Source: Treponemataceae bacterium
GTDB taxonomy: Bacteria; Spirochaetota; Spirochaetia; Treponematales; Rectinemataceae
Assembly: GCA_963667725.2 (NCBI GenBank)
Contig: CAXXHO010000003.1
Coordinates: 128,001 to 192,000, forward strand
Direction: 5' to 3'
Length of the DNA stretch: 64,000 nucleotides
Shown: piece by piece, positions 48,493-59,120 of the stretch
How the letters are laid out: each line of letters opens with the position of its first letter
How positions within the stretch are numbered: position 1 is the first letter of the stretch
Position numbers and translations under genes: made by a program
The notes under the pieces: model-generated
The model's input: the letters and a program-made list of their open reading frames with translations, nothing else
What the model was told of the DNA's origin: nothing
The model's database searches: none

Positions 48493-49561
48493 AAAGGTTG
48501 AAATAGTCTTCGTAGAGTTTCGCGTTGAAAAATGCCGCCACCACGTCCGGCGCGAACTGCTTCCCGCTTTCCGCCTTGATTTCTTCAAGCACCGCCTCCA
48601 GGGGCAGCGCTTTTCTATAGGGGCGGGATTGAGCCATCGCGTCGAAAGTGTCGGCTAAGGTTATTATGCGGGCCAGAGGGTCTATATCTTCTCCGGCGAC
48701 CCCGTCCGGATAGCCTTTGCCGTCCCAGCGTTCGTGATGGTGCCTGACGCCATTGATGGCGGGAGCGAAAAACTCGACGATCGAAAGGATCTGGGCGCCG
48801 ATGAGCGGATGCATCTTTATGACTTCGATCTCTTCGGGATCGAGCGAGCCCACTTTATTGAGAATCCGTTCCGGAATGCCTATCTTGCCGATGTCGTGGA
48901 GCAGCGCGGCGAACTCCAGGGGTTCTATCTGGTCTTCGGGCAGCTTGAGTTCCCTGGCGAGCCTCACGGCCAGGCTTCGCACCCTTTCGCAGTGCCCCTG
49001 GGTGTACTGGTCCTTCGCCTCGATGGTTTCGGCCAGAGCCTGGACCGTCTGCATGTTGGCCTGTCTCAGTCTACCGTATGTTTCGTTGAGCTCCATCGTC
49101 TTGGACTGCATGGTGCGTTCAAGCGTGAGCCTGTATTCCTCGTTTTTTTTGTCCTGCTCGAATTTTTCCCTCATGATATCCCGGTAGCGGACAGCCTTGG
49201 CTATGACTTCGGCGATATGCTCCAGCCTGCTCGGTTTTACGAGATAGTCGAAGGCCCCATTGCGCATGGCTTCCAGACCTGTGGAGAGGTCGCTGTAGGC
49301 GGTGAGCATGATGACGGGGGTAAAGGGCTTGACTTCCCTGATCCTAGGCAAGGCTTCCTTGCCCGAGAGAATTGGCATTCGTATGTCGAGAAGAATGCAG
49401 TCAGGATCGAGGTTGCCCGAGGTGAGCATGTCCAGGCCTTCCTGACCGTTCGTCGCCATGCTTACCGCGTATTCCATCCTCTCCAGACCGCGGGACAGGA
49501 CCTTGCGGATGGAGGGATCGTCATCGATTACTAGTATTGTCCGTTGCGTTGCTGCACTCAT
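48476..49561 (-). CDS. Response regulator with HD-GYP phosphodiesterase domain (RpfG-like)
   Basis: Receiver motifs VIDDD, LLDIRMP, MLTA, YLVKP; HD-GYP motifs KDQYT.GH, LHDIGK, HHERWDGKGYP; alternative start 49594. Confidence 0.93.
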   Translation of the reverse strand: MSAATQRTILVIDDDPSIRKVLSRGLERMEYAVSMATNGQEGLDMLTSGNLDPDCILLDIRMPILSGKEALPRIREVKPFTPVIMLTAYSDLSTGLEAMRNGAFDYLVKPSRLEHIAEVIAKAVRYRDIMREKFEQDKKNEEYRLTLERTMQSKTMELNETYGRLRQANMQTVQALAETIEAKDQYTQGHCERVRSLAVRLARELKLPEDQIEPLEFAALLHDIGKIGIPERILNKVGSLDPEEIEVIKMHPLIGAQILSIVEFFAPAINGVRHHHERWDGKGYPDGVAGEDIDPLARIITLADTFDAMAQSRPYRKALPLEAVLEEIKAESGKQFAPDVVAAFFNAKLYEDYFNLSRIDT

Positions 49562-49619
49562 GTAGACCTTTCCGTCAAAGCGATGAGAACCCATCGGTCC
49601 TCTTTCGGTTTCCGCGGAA

Positions 49620-50150
49620 TCATCCCTTTTTCATTCCAGGGAACAGGAATGGGACACTTTTCTTATATTCGTCGTATCCATGGAAAACCTTGGGAAAAGT
49701 GTAGCGATCTTGTATGAATATTAAAAGCAGATCGAGGCCAATCATGAGGGGAATCGTAAAGAAATTTTCGCTGAAACCCCGCAGGCCGCCGAGGGAGAGG
49801 GCCAGGAGGCAGAACCACCAGAATCCAGGATGCCTGCATAGAGCGTAGGAGCCGCCGCTGTATGGTTCGCCGGGCTTGATTTTTCCCTTTCTTCCGGCCA
49901 GCGCCAGCTCGAAAAAGACGGACCAGAGAAGGAGGGCGAAGGACAGGAGGGCCGTCAGGATGAGCAGCGGCGAAAAAAGCGTTCCGGACGGATTCGCTCC
50001 CCGACGGGCGGCGAGCAATCCAAGCGCCGCCCCGACCGTCAGATAGCCGACCGCCTGAAGGAGCGGAACGCCTTTTTTGCCTTTTGCCCAGAGAAAATCA
50101 GCCGCTATGAGCAGTAAAAATCCTAATACCGTAAGCGAATCCTGTACCAT
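49620..50150 (-). CDS. ICMT/PEMT-family integral-membrane methyltransferase
   Basis: Several TM helices, GGSYALCRHPG, C-terminal GYDEYKKSVPFLFP; start 50150 or 50162. Confidence 0.75.
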   Translation of the reverse strand: MVQDSLTVLGFLLLIAADFLWAKGKKGVPLLQAVGYLTVGAALGLLAARRGANPSGTLFSPLLILTALLSFALLLWSVFFELALAGRKGKIKPGEPYSGGSYALCRHPGFWWFCLLALSLGGLRGFSENFFTIPLMIGLDLLLIFIQDRYTFPKVFHGYDEYKKSVPFLFPGMKKG

Positions 50151-50217
50151 TGTGAAATGCATTATGCTATAGTATCCTCTGCTTTGCCAGATAAAAGTTT
50201 ATTTTAGAGGTTTCGGC

Positions 50218-53200
50218 ATGATTTTGGACGCATCGTCGCTCATTCCGGCATTGTCCTTCATTATTTATATCATCTTCATCGTATTCGGCATTTACAGCCG
50301 GAAAGAGAAAGTCGACACCTCATTCCTGCTCTATATGTTCTTCATGGCGCTGTGGAGCTTTGGCTCTTTCATGATGCACGCCAATACGGGGCTTTTTTCT
50401 CCCCTGACCTGGAACAAGGTCATGCTGCTGGGGCTTTTCGGCGGACCTATCGCGTTCCTTCAGACCATGATATATCTATCCGGTACCGACAAAAAACGCT
50501 ATCAGATATTTCTTTATATTGGCTATATCATATTCTTTTTCCTGATCTATCTCAATCTTTCAGGCAAGGTAGTGACGGCGGCGGGCTTCGATGAGAGCGG
50601 CTTCTATTATGTCCTTGGCAACGGTTCCATCCTGGCGTATTCGCTCTCCTACTTTTTCCTGGGCCTGTCAATTCTTCTTCTATTACGCCAGCTCAAGGCC
50701 AGCGACAACAAGTTCAAGAAGAAGACGCTTAGGCTTCTCATCATTGGCGTTGGCATTATCGTAGTCGGCGTCGCGGCGAATCTGTACAAGCCTATCGGAA
50801 AGTATCCCATCGACCTCCTCGCCACGACGATCAACGCCGCGATCATCTTCTTCGCGGTTTATAAATACCGTCTCATTCACTACTCCTCGGCGGTGCTCAA
50901 CATCCTCCTCACTTTCTTCGTGTCCATACTGACGAGCGCCCTTTTTCTCTTTTTCTTCGTGCCGGTTTTTCATATCAACAACGCGATTCCCTTTCCCCGG
51001 GTCCTCCTCCTGGCACTTATCCTGGGGTTCATCACCTCGATAATCCTCTCGCCGCTCCGGACGACAACCCTCTCCTTTCTCGAGAGGCTCTATGGCGGCA
51101 AGACCTTCACCTACTATCAGAGCCTGAGGGTGTTCTCGGCCAGCCTTACCTCCATCGTGGATCTCGAAACCCTGGGCAACCTCACCATGGAGAAAATCAC
51201 CTCCACCTTCGGCCTCGGATGGGCCCTGATGCTGGTCAACGATTTCAACGACAGGAATTTCAAGCTCAACGTGGCCAAGCAGCTGCCGTTCGATGGGCGT
51301 ATCATCGAAGGGCAGGATCAGTCGATAAGCCTGAAGCGCGGAAGCGAGTTCGTCAGGGTATTCGCGGTTCATCAGGGCAGCGAAAAGAGCGAAATGCAGT
51401 ACCTCTACGTGCCGCAGACCATGATAGACATCACCCTCGAGAAGGGCGAGATTTCCGAAACCCTGAAGGCCAGCCTTATCCTCCCCCTCAAGTTCAAGGA
51501 ACGCCTGAACGGTTTCGTCATACTCGGACCTCAGCTCGACAGGGACTATTACAACCAGTTCGATCTGGAGATGCTCCAGCTACTGAGCGTCCAGTGCTCG
51601 GTGGCCCTGGAAAACGCCATCACCTTCGAGCGGCTGAAGCAGCAGCAGAAAAGGCTACAGAACATCAACAACCAGCTGGAAATCAGCCGTAACAAACTCG
51701 AAGCCTTCTTCGACGGCATCACGACGCCGATCACCATTCAGGACATCAACTACAATATCATCGAAGTGAATTACGCCGCGCGCCGCTATTTTGAGAAGTC
51801 CACCGAGGAACTGATCGGGAACAAGTGCTACAAGATGTTTTTCAACAGGGACAGACCCTGCCTCGAGTGTCTGGCCCAGGACTGCCTCCATACGCGCCTG
51901 CCCTTCAACGCGGAGCGGCAGGACGTGAAGGGACTGCTTACCTTCTCGCTCAACTTCTATCCCATTCCCGTCCCCAAGACGGCCACGCCCATTTTCCTGG
52001 AGTTCTTCCAGGACATCACCAAGCAGAAGACCCTGCAGGATGAACTTATCCAGTCGGAAAAGTTAGCCGGCATAGGTACCCTGGTGTCGGGCATCGCGCA
52101 CGAGATAAACAATCCCCTCGGCGCCATCCTGGGCACGGCAGACCTGATGCTCCCCGAGACCGCCGAGGGAAGCAGGCTGCAGGAATATACGCAGGATATC
52201 GCCCGTTATGCCCAGAACGCCGCGGAAGTCATTCAGGACCTTATGGTCTATTCGCGGAAGACGAAGAGCCAGCCCGATATGGTCAATATCGTCACTATTC
52301 TCGAAAACTCCCTCAAGCTCGCCATGCGCGGTATGGATTTCGGCTCGATCACGGTGAAGAAAAACTATAATCAGACGAACGAGGTTCAGGCCAACGCGAC
52401 CGAACTGCAGCAGGTCTTCCTCAACCTCATCGTCAACGCCGTACAGGCCATGAACTCGGACGGAACGCTGACCCTGGCCGCGAAACAGGAAGATGCCGAT
52501 GTCATCGTGACCATCAAGGATACGGGCATCGGTATCAAGAAACAGAATCTCGACAAGGTCTTCAATCCCTTCTTCACGACTAAAGATCCCGGAGCCGGCA
52601 CAGGGCTGGGACTGAGCATCGCGCATCACATCGTATCGAAACTGGGGGGTAGGATCATCATCGACTCTGAAGAAAAGCAAGGTACGACCTTCCAGATAGT
52701 CCTCCCGGCGGCTAACATGGAGCGCAACAAGATCCGTTTCGTCCACGCGAAGGATACGCGCCAGCTCGAGGACAGTTTCTACCTGCAGCGCAAGGTCCTC
52801 GTGGGCGAAAAGGGCTATCTGGAGGAGACCATCCACCGGAGCGAGGACGAGAGCGCCTTCCACCTGCTGGCGTATAAGGGAATGCAGCCTGTCGGCACGA
52901 CAACGCTTCACTTGAGCGAAGTCGAGGGCGAAATCCCCATACAGAGCAATTACGATCTTTCGGAATACATGGACGGCACTCCCTACGCGGAAATAGACCG
53001 ACTGGCTATCATCAGGGAAGAGCGCGGCTCGATCGTGCCTTTCAGCCTCATGGTCCTCTCCTATCTCTACATCAGAGGCAAGGGCGTGGATAAGATGTTC
53101 CTTGATGTTTTCAGCGACGAGACAAAGCTCATCCGGATGTACGAAAAGCTGGGCTTCAGGGTGATCGGAACCTACAACAAGCCGCTCGCGTGCACGGTGA

Positions 53201-53412
53201 TGATGCTGAACCACGAATCGAACTACATCGACACCGTTTCGAAGATGGAGCATTTCGTCCAGAGCTTCTTCTCCCGCCTCATACCCAAGCTGGAGTTCGA
53301 CGGCGAGGACAAGGAATATCTCTACAAGACCATAAACGAGATAAACAAGAAAACCGAAAGGATAGGCGAGGGTTTCGCGCAGGACCAGAAAGAAAACGAC
53401 GCCGAAGCATAG
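50218..53412 (+). CDS. Sensor histidine kinase: multi-TM N-terminus, GAF, Cys-rich PAS, HisKA, HATPase and a C-terminal FeeM/LuxI-like GNAT acyltransferase domain
   Basis: [52 protein letters not shown]; then [33 protein letters not shown]. Confidence 0.88.
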   Translation: MILDASSLIPALSFIIYIIFIVFGIYSRKEKVDTSFLLYMFFMALWSFGSFMMHANTGLFSPLTWNKVMLLGLFGGPIAFLQTMIYLSGTDKKRYQIFLYIGYIIFFFLIYLNLSGKVVTAAGFDESGFYYVLGNGSILAYSLSYFFLGLSILLLLRQLKASDNKFKKKTLRLLIIGVGIIVVGVAANLYKPIGKYPIDLLATTINAAIIFFAVYKYRLIHYSSAVLNILLTFFVSILTSALFLFFFVPVFHINNAIPFPRVLLLALILGFITSIILSPLRTTTLSFLERLYGGKTFTYYQSLRVFSASLTSIVDLETLGNLTMEKITSTFGLGWALMLVNDFNDRNFKLNVAKQLPFDGRIIEGQDQSISLKRGSEFVRVFAVHQGSEKSEMQYLYVPQTMIDITLEKGEISETLKASLILPLKFKERLNGFVILGPQLDRDYYNQFDLEMLQLLSVQCSVALENAITFERLKQQQKRLQNINNQLEISRNKLEAFFDGITTPITIQDINYNIIEVNYAARRYFEKSTEELIGNKCYKMFFNRDRPCLECLAQDCLHTRLPFNAERQDVKGLLTFSLNFYPIPVPKTATPIFLEFFQDITKQKTLQDELIQSEKLAGIGTLVSGIAHEINNPLGAILGTADLMLPETAEGSRLQEYTQDIARYAQNAAEVIQDLMVYSRKTKSQPDMVNIVTILENSLKLAMRGMDFGSITVKKNYNQTNEVQANATELQQVFLNLIVNAVQAMNSDGTLTLAAKQEDADVIVTIKDTGIGIKKQNLDKVFNPFFTTKDPGAGTGLGLSIAHHIVSKLGGRIIIDSEEKQGTTFQIVLPAANMERNKIRFVHAKDTRQLEDSFYLQRKVLVGEKGYLEETIHRSEDESAFHLLAYKGMQPVGTTTLHLSEVEGEIPIQSNYDLSEYMDGTPYAEIDRLAIIREERGSIVPFSLMVLSYLYIRGKGVDKMFLDVFSDETKLIRMYEKLGFRVIGTYNKPLACTVMMLNHESNYIDTVSKMEHFVQSFFSRLIPKLEFDGEDKEYLYKTINEINKKTERIGEGFAQDQKENDAEA

Positions 53413-53430
53413 CTGAAGCGCCGCCGAAGT

Positions 53431-54504
53431 TTAATAGAATATTGTGCGCTGCGTCTTGGCGGATGAGTAGATTCCTTCGATGATCTTCACCGCTTCCATG
53501 CCATCCTCCCCGGTGACCTTGGGTCTTGTGCCGGCGGCCGCCGCCTGGGCGAAATCGTCGATCTGAAGCGAGAAAAAATACCAGGTCGGCTCGATTTTCG
53601 AAAAGAATTCCCCATCTTCGCGTTTCCAGACATCAATCATCTTTTCCTGGCCGGGAATGGTCCAGATGTCGTTGTAGGGCGGCTCGAGGATGCCGCTCAT
53701 CCCCGCGATGAACATGGCGCCGCCGTCGGTCTGAACGCCCGCCGAGGCGCCCGAGCTTCCATGGACGCATACCTTGGCGAAAATGCCTGGCTTCTGGGAA
53801 TTGGAGACAAAGATGGAGCCGAGGCCGCCGTTCTTGAAGTGGACGGTCGCGACGGCGCTGTCGTCGACTTCGATGTAGGAATGGTTGGCGTTGATCCAGC
53901 TTCCGGATACGCCCGAGACCGAGCCCATGTACCAGGAGAGGAGATCGAACTGGTGGGGAGCCTGGTTGACGATGACGCCGCCGCCCTCGTGTTCCCAGGT
54001 GCCGCGCCAGGGGTCTGAGTTGTAGTAGGCTTCGTCGCGCCAGCCCAGGATGGTGACCTGGCCGAGGAGGGGGGAGCCGAGGAGGCCTTCGTCGATGGCG
54101 CGCCTGATGCGCAGGGTGGAGGGGTACCAGCGGCGCTGGCAGATGACGCCGAGATTGCGATGGGCGGCGAGGGCGGCGGCGTTCATGGCGTCGCAGTCGG
54201 CGACATGGAGGGCCATAGGCTTCTCGACGAGGGTGTGGAGCCCGGCGCCCAGGCATTCTATGGCGCAGGCGGCATGGAGAGGGTGAGGGGTGGTGACGAT
54301 GACGGCCTGGACGCCGTCGCGGTCGGCCATCTCGGCGGCCGAAGAGCGCGCCTCGATGCCCCAGCTCTTCGCGAAGGCCCGGGCTTTAGCCGCGTCGCGT
54401 CCGCAGACCGAGACGAGGGTGGCGTTTTCGCTCGCGGCGATGGCTTTCGCGTGGAGCTGGGCTACTTTGCCGTATCCGTAGAGGCCGAATTTTATCTTGC
54501 CCAT
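53431..54504 (-). CDS. Gfo/Idh/MocA family oxidoreductase
   Basis: GYGKVA, TTPHPLH, VEKPMA, GGGVIVNQAPH. Confidence 0.9.
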   Translation of the reverse strand: MGKIKFGLYGYGKVAQLHAKAIAASENATLVSVCGRDAAKARAFAKSWGIEARSSAAEMADRDGVQAVIVTTPHPLHAACAIECLGAGLHTLVEKPMALHVADCDAMNAAALAAHRNLGVICQRRWYPSTLRIRRAIDEGLLGSPLLGQVTILGWRDEAYYNSDPWRGTWEHEGGGVIVNQAPHQFDLLSWYMGSVSGVSGSWINANHSYIEVDDSAVATVHFKNGGLGSIFVSNSQKPGIFAKVCVHGSSGASAGVQTDGGAMFIAGMSGILEPPYNDIWTIPGQEKMIDVWKREDGEFFSKIEPTWYFFSLQIDDFAQAAAAGTRPKVTGEDGMEAVKIIEGIYSSAKTQRTIFY

Positions 54505-54552
54505 GCCTTGTTTCCTCCTGGATTCAATGGGGTCATCGATGAGGCCGCCGGC

Positions 54553-54617
54553 ACTGGTGCTCCGGCGCCGCTAAGGGGGGGCTCCGGAGCCGCGGGGGGA
54601 TGCCCCGGCGCCGGAGC
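54553..54617. repeat. GC-rich intergenic inverted repeat (REP-like)
   Basis: Arms GCTCCGGCGCCG and CGGCGCCGGAGC flank the internal palindrome GGCTCCGGAGCC. Confidence 0.55.
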
Positions 54618-54619
54618 CT

Positions 54620-55654
54620 TCAGGGCTCGAGCACGACTTTGAGCAGGCCTTTTTCGCGGGCGTGAAGCCTGGCGAACCAGGAGGCTCCCTCGGAGAGCGG
54701 GGCGATCGCGCTTATTATAGACTTCGCGTCGATCTTGCCGCGCGCGAGGAGGTCGAGCACGAGGGGGTATTCACCCGCCATGGCGCAGGAACCATAGAGG
54801 GTGAGCTGCCGCGTGACTATGGCCTGGAGCGGCATTTCCACGCTGGGGCTCACGTTGCCGATGAGGGTGACGGAGCCGCCCTTGCGCAGGGCGCCGATCG
54901 CGGTAGCGATCGGCGCCGAAGCGCCCACTGCCTCGAAGGCGCGGTCGAAGCCGCGGCCGCCCGAGAGTTCGAGGATGGCCGCCTTGGTCGCGGGGGAGGC
55001 GGGGTCGAGGGCGGCCGACGCGCCTGCCGCGAGGGCGGCTGCCCTCCGTTCGGGGTCGGTTTCCAGCGCGAGGATCATGCCGGCTGAATGAGCCCTCAGT
55101 ATTTGGATGAGAAGCAGCCCTATAAGCCCGGCGCCCACCACGACGAGAGAGTCGCCCATCTTTATGGGGGTGATGGCAGCCGCGTGCGCCGCCACCGCCG
55201 CCGGTTCAGCGATCGAGGCGGCCGCGAAATCCAGGGCTTCGGGCATCTTGTAGAGAATCCTCTTGGGAAGGACGATATATTCGGCGAAGGTGCCATCCCG
55301 TCGGTAATCGCCGCAGGAGACGCCGAGCACCTTCCTGTTGTCGCAGAGGTTCACCTCGCCGCGCTTGCAGTAGAAGCACTCGCCGCAATATTCGGTGGAA
55401 TCGAAGGTGACGCGGTCTCCTACCCTGAAATCCCTGACGCCGGCGCCCGCTTCCACGATTTCTCCCGAGGCTTCATGTCCCATCACGATGGGAGGAATGC
55501 GTCTTCCCGTCGAGCCGTCCATGCCGTGGACATCGGACCCGCAGATAGCGGACGCCCGCACCCTGACGAGCACGTCGTTTTCATCCCGGAGCTTGGGGTC
55601 AGGATAATCGCGGAAAGAAAACTTCATGTACTCTTCGAGAACGAGCGCTTTCAC
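54620..55654 (-). CDS. Zn-dependent sugar-alcohol/sugar-acid dehydrogenase (MDR family)
   Basis: ICGSDVH, MGHE, CGECFYC...C, GAGLIG. Confidence 0.88.
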   Translation of the reverse strand: MKALVLEEYMKFSFRDYPDPKLRDENDVLVRVRASAICGSDVHGMDGSTGRRIPPIVMGHEASGEIVEAGAGVRDFRVGDRVTFDSTEYCGECFYCKRGEVNLCDNRKVLGVSCGDYRRDGTFAEYIVLPKRILYKMPEALDFAAASIAEPAAVAAHAAAITPIKMGDSLVVVGAGLIGLLLIQILRAHSAGMILALETDPERRAAALAAGASAALDPASPATKAAILELSGGRGFDRAFEAVGASAPIATAIGALRKGGSVTLIGNVSPSVEMPLQAIVTRQLTLYGSCAMAGEYPLVLDLLARGKIDAKSIISAIAPLSEGASWFARLHAREKGLLKVVLEP

Positions 55655-56736
55655 CGCTGAATCCTCGCCGAGCCGCCCTTCGCGAAAGAAACGACCTGAT
55701 CGAGGGTAGCCATGGTCGTATCGCCGGGGAAGGTCGTGAGGAGTGCGCCGTGAGCCCAGCCAAGGGCGAGCGCTTCCTGCGGATCCTTGCCTTCGAGCAG
55801 ACCGTAGATGAGGCCGGCCGCGAAACCGTCGCCGCCGCCGACGCGGTCGTACACGTCGAGTTCGGCGGTCGGGGCGGCGTAGCGCTCGCCCTCCAGCCAG
55901 AGAACGGCGCTCCAGAGATGGCGGTTGGTGGACTTGACGTCGCGAAGAGTCGTGGCCACCGCCTTCACGTTCGGCCAGCGCGCCGTGACCTCCTCGATCG
56001 TCCTGTAGAAAGCCTCGGGATCGAGCTTCGAGGCCTTATGGATGTCGGGTCCCTTCAGGCCCAAGCCCATCTGGAGATCTTCCTCGTTGCCGACGAGCAC
56101 GTCTACCTGTTCGGCGATGCGGCCGAGAATCTCGGGAGCCGAGGCGGAAGAGCCGTTGGCCGCCCAGAGCTTGGCCCTGTAATTGAGGTCGAAGGAGACG
56201 ATGGCGCCCGCTTTTCTGGCGGCCTTCATCGCCTCGATGACGAGTTCGGGCGTCGTCGCAGAGAGGGCGGAGAAGATGCCGCCCGAATGGAACCAGCGTA
56301 AGCCCTTGGAGAAAATGGCGTCCCAGTCGAAATCGCCCGGCTTGAGAAGGGCCGCCGCCTCGTTCGCCCTGTTATAGAAGACGACGGGAGCACGCACGCC
56401 CTGTCCCCTATCGGACCAGACCTGGGCCATGTTCGGGCCGCGCACGCCATCGTGCCTGAAGCGTTTGTAGATGCCCTGGACGTTCATCTTGCGGGCTTCG
56501 CTCTCGATCTTGGCGCCGATCGGGTAATCCACCATGGCGCTCGCGATGGCCGTGTTCTGGCCGAAGCAGCGGGCGAGGTTGGCCGCGACATTGAACTCGC
56601 CGCCCGACACGTGAATTTGGTAGGTATCGGCGAAGCCGAAGGGAACGATGCCCGGATCGAGCCTCGTGACGAGGGCGCCCAGGGCGAGGAAATCGAGTGA
56701 ATCCGCCTTCTTCGGCGGAATTTTCATGGCTGACAT
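55651..56736 (-). CDS. PfkB family sugar kinase (KdgK-like)
   Basis: GGEFNVA, SFDLNYRAKLW, GNEED, DRVGGGDGFAAG; GGAGG RBS. Confidence 0.88.
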   Translation of the reverse strand: MSAMKIPPKKADSLDFLALGALVTRLDPGIVPFGFADTYQIHVSGGEFNVAANLARCFGQNTAIASAMVDYPIGAKIESEARKMNVQGIYKRFRHDGVRGPNMAQVWSDRGQGVRAPVVFYNRANEAAALLKPGDFDWDAIFSKGLRWFHSGGIFSALSATTPELVIEAMKAARKAGAIVSFDLNYRAKLWAANGSSASAPEILGRIAEQVDVLVGNEEDLQMGLGLKGPDIHKASKLDPEAFYRTIEEVTARWPNVKAVATTLRDVKSTNRHLWSAVLWLEGERYAAPTAELDVYDRVGGGDGFAAGLIYGLLEGKDPQEALALGWAHGALLTTFPGDTTMATLDQVVSFAKGGSARIQR

Positions 56737-56749
56737 TCTATGTACCTCC

Positions 56750-58201
56750 TCAAGCTGTATAAGTGGATGCCGCGGTCGAACCGCCGTGCCCGGTCCAGTT
56801 CGTATGGAAGAATTTGCCGCGCGGCTGGTCGATTCTTTCGTAGGTGTGGGCGCCGAAATAGTCCCTCTGGGCCTGCAGCAGATTGGCGGGGAGGGTTTCG
56901 GTCCTGAGGCCGTCATAATATGAAAGAGCCGTGTAGAGCGCCGGAGCGGGGATTCCCGACATCGCGCATTCCGCGACGACCCTGCGCCAGCTGTCCTGGC
57001 TGGCCGCGAGTTTCGCGGCGAAGAAGGGGGCGATGATGAGGTTCGCCAGTTTTCCGTCCGCGTCGAAGGCTTCCTTGATCTTGCCGAGGAAAATCGAGCG
57101 GATGATGCATCCGCCTCTCCACATGAGGGCGATGGAACCGAAGTCGAGGGTCCAGCCGTATTCCTTGGCCGCTTCCTTCATGAGAAGGAAACCCTGGGCA
57201 TAGGAAACGACCTTCGCGGCATAGAGCGCCGCGCCCAGATCGGCGAGGAAAGCTTCCCTGTCGCCCTTGAATGACTTGATCGCCGGTCCTTTCAGTATCC
57301 TGGACGCCGCCACGCGGTCGTCTTTCGCCGCCGAGAGACAGCGGGCGAATACGGATTCGCCGATGAGCGTAAGCGGGATGCCGAAATCCAGCGCCGCGAT
57401 CCCTGCCCATTTTCCCGTGCCCTTCTGGCCCGCGGTGTCGAGAATCTTGCGTACGAGAGGCTCTCCATCCTCGTCCTTGAACTTCAGGATATCCCTGGTT
57501 ATCTCCACGAGATAGGAGTCGAGGTCTCCCTTGTTCCATTTCGCGAAAACCGCGCTCATCTCGTCTTCCTGCATGCCGAGCTTGTCGCGCATGATCTGGT
57601 AAACCTCGCAGATGAGCTGCATGTCGCCGTACTCTATGCCATTGTGGACCATCTTCACGAAATGGCCTGCTCCGTCGGAACCCACCCAGTCGCAGCAGGG
57701 GCTTCCGTCCTCGACCTTGGCGGCGATAGCCTGAAAAATTGGCTTTACGAAGGGCCAGGCCGCGGCCGATCCTCCCGGCATCAGGGAAGGCCCGAGGAGA
57801 GCGCCTTCCTCGCCGCCGGAAACGCCGGTGCCGATATAGAGGAGGCCCTTTGCCTCCACTTCCCTGCAGCGCCGCATGGTGTCCTGATAATTCGAGTTGC
57901 CGCCGTCGATGATGATGTCGCCCTTGTCGAGATGAGGCAGAAGCTGGGCGATCGTGTCATCCACGGCCTTGCCCGCCTTGACCATCATCATGACCTTGCG
58001 GGGCGAGCTGAGCATTCCCGCGAGCTCGGCCGGCGAATGAGCGCCCTGGATTTTTTTGCCCGCGCCCCTGCCCGCGATAAAATCGTCGACCTTGCTCGTC
58101 GTCCGATTGTAGACCGCCACGGAAAAACCCTTGCTTTCCATGTTGAGCACGAGGTTTTCCCCCATCACCGCGAGTCCTATAAGACCAATGTCAGATTTCA
58201 T
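56750..58201 (-). CDS. gnd: 6-phosphogluconate dehydrogenase, decarboxylating
   Basis: IGLAVMGENL, GVSGGEEGA, KMVHNGIEYGDMQ, QKGTG, QRDYFGAH. Confidence 0.96.
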   Translation of the reverse strand: MKSDIGLIGLAVMGENLVLNMESKGFSVAVYNRTTSKVDDFIAGRGAGKKIQGAHSPAELAGMLSSPRKVMMMVKAGKAVDDTIAQLLPHLDKGDIIIDGGNSNYQDTMRRCREVEAKGLLYIGTGVSGGEEGALLGPSLMPGGSAAAWPFVKPIFQAIAAKVEDGSPCCDWVGSDGAGHFVKMVHNGIEYGDMQLICEVYQIMRDKLGMQEDEMSAVFAKWNKGDLDSYLVEITRDILKFKDEDGEPLVRKILDTAGQKGTGKWAGIAALDFGIPLTLIGESVFARCLSAAKDDRVAASRILKGPAIKSFKGDREAFLADLGAALYAAKVVSYAQGFLLMKEAAKEYGWTLDFGSIALMWRGGCIIRSIFLGKIKEAFDADGKLANLIIAPFFAAKLAASQDSWRRVVAECAMSGIPAPALYTALSYYDGLRTETLPANLLQAQRDYFGAHTYERIDQPRGKFFHTNWTGHGGSTAASTYTA

Positions 58202-58221
58202 AGTTCCTCCATCATATTCCA

Positions 58222-59064
58222 CTATATTCTTCTGCCGGCTATCGCCGAACGCATCTTCTCCACGTTTTTAAGGCCCTTTTCCTTGAGAAACTCCATCGCT
58301 TCTATGTAGAGCGAATCTATGATGGCCAGCTGGGCTATCCTGGCAGAGAAGGCCTCCGAAATGACTTTGGCGCCAGGCGCGGCCGAGAGCAGCACGAAAT
58401 CGGCGTTTCTGGCCAAAGGCGAGAGGTGATAGGTCGTAATGGCAGCTACCTTGCATCCCGTTTTTTTCAGCACGTCCACGATGGCGAGGGTGTCCTTGTT
58501 GGCGCCGGTGTTGGAGATGACGAGTGCGATGTCCCCGCTCCCGGCCTGAGAGGCCACCATGAGCTGGAGATGGAAATCCTCGGCCGTCTGGCAGCGAATG
58601 CCGGATCGTATGAATTTATGGAAGGCATCCTTGGCGACGACGCCCGAGCCTCCGAGCCCGAAGACAAAAAATGCCGGAGCTTCGCAGGCTAGCCGGGCAA
58701 TTTCCCGGATCCGCTCCCTGTCCAGCAGCTTTTCCGTCATGTCCAGGGCGCTTCTGGCCGCGCCGAAGGCCACGACGACGGGGTCTTCGGAATCCGTAAC
58801 GGCGGTTTCGTAGTAGCGGGATTCGGGCGCGAGGGTTTCCGTGGCGAGGGCGATCCTGAACTGCTGGTAGCTTTCGTACCCGAGTTTTTTGACGAAGCGG
58901 AGCAGGGTGGAGACCGATACGCCTATATTCGACGCCAGCTCATCGATGCTTGGGTGAACGGCCTCGGCGGGCCGGGAAAGAATGTAGTTCGCGACGGTGC
59001 CTTCCTTTCCGCTCAAGCCGTCTTTCAGCGAATGTATGAGATAAATGCAGCTTGGCTCAGCCAT
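58222..59064 (-). CDS. RpiR/MurR family regulator (HTH plus SIS)
   Basis: SIDELA..VSVSTLLRFVKKLGY, FGLGGSG, ISNTG, SARIAQL. Confidence 0.92.
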   Translation of the reverse strand: MAEPSCIYLIHSLKDGLSGKEGTVANYILSRPAEAVHPSIDELASNIGVSVSTLLRFVKKLGYESYQQFRIALATETLAPESRYYETAVTDSEDPVVVAFGAARSALDMTEKLLDRERIREIARLACEAPAFFVFGLGGSGVVAKDAFHKFIRSGIRCQTAEDFHLQLMVASQAGSGDIALVISNTGANKDTLAIVDVLKKTGCKVAAITTYHLSPLARNADFVLLSAAPGAKVISEAFSARIAQLAIIDSLYIEAMEFLKEKGLKNVEKMRSAIAGRRI

Positions 59065-59120
59065 TTCGCCACTCCATGATCTTGTTGTACCATCGACCTT
59101 CTTTTGTGTAAAGTATATCG

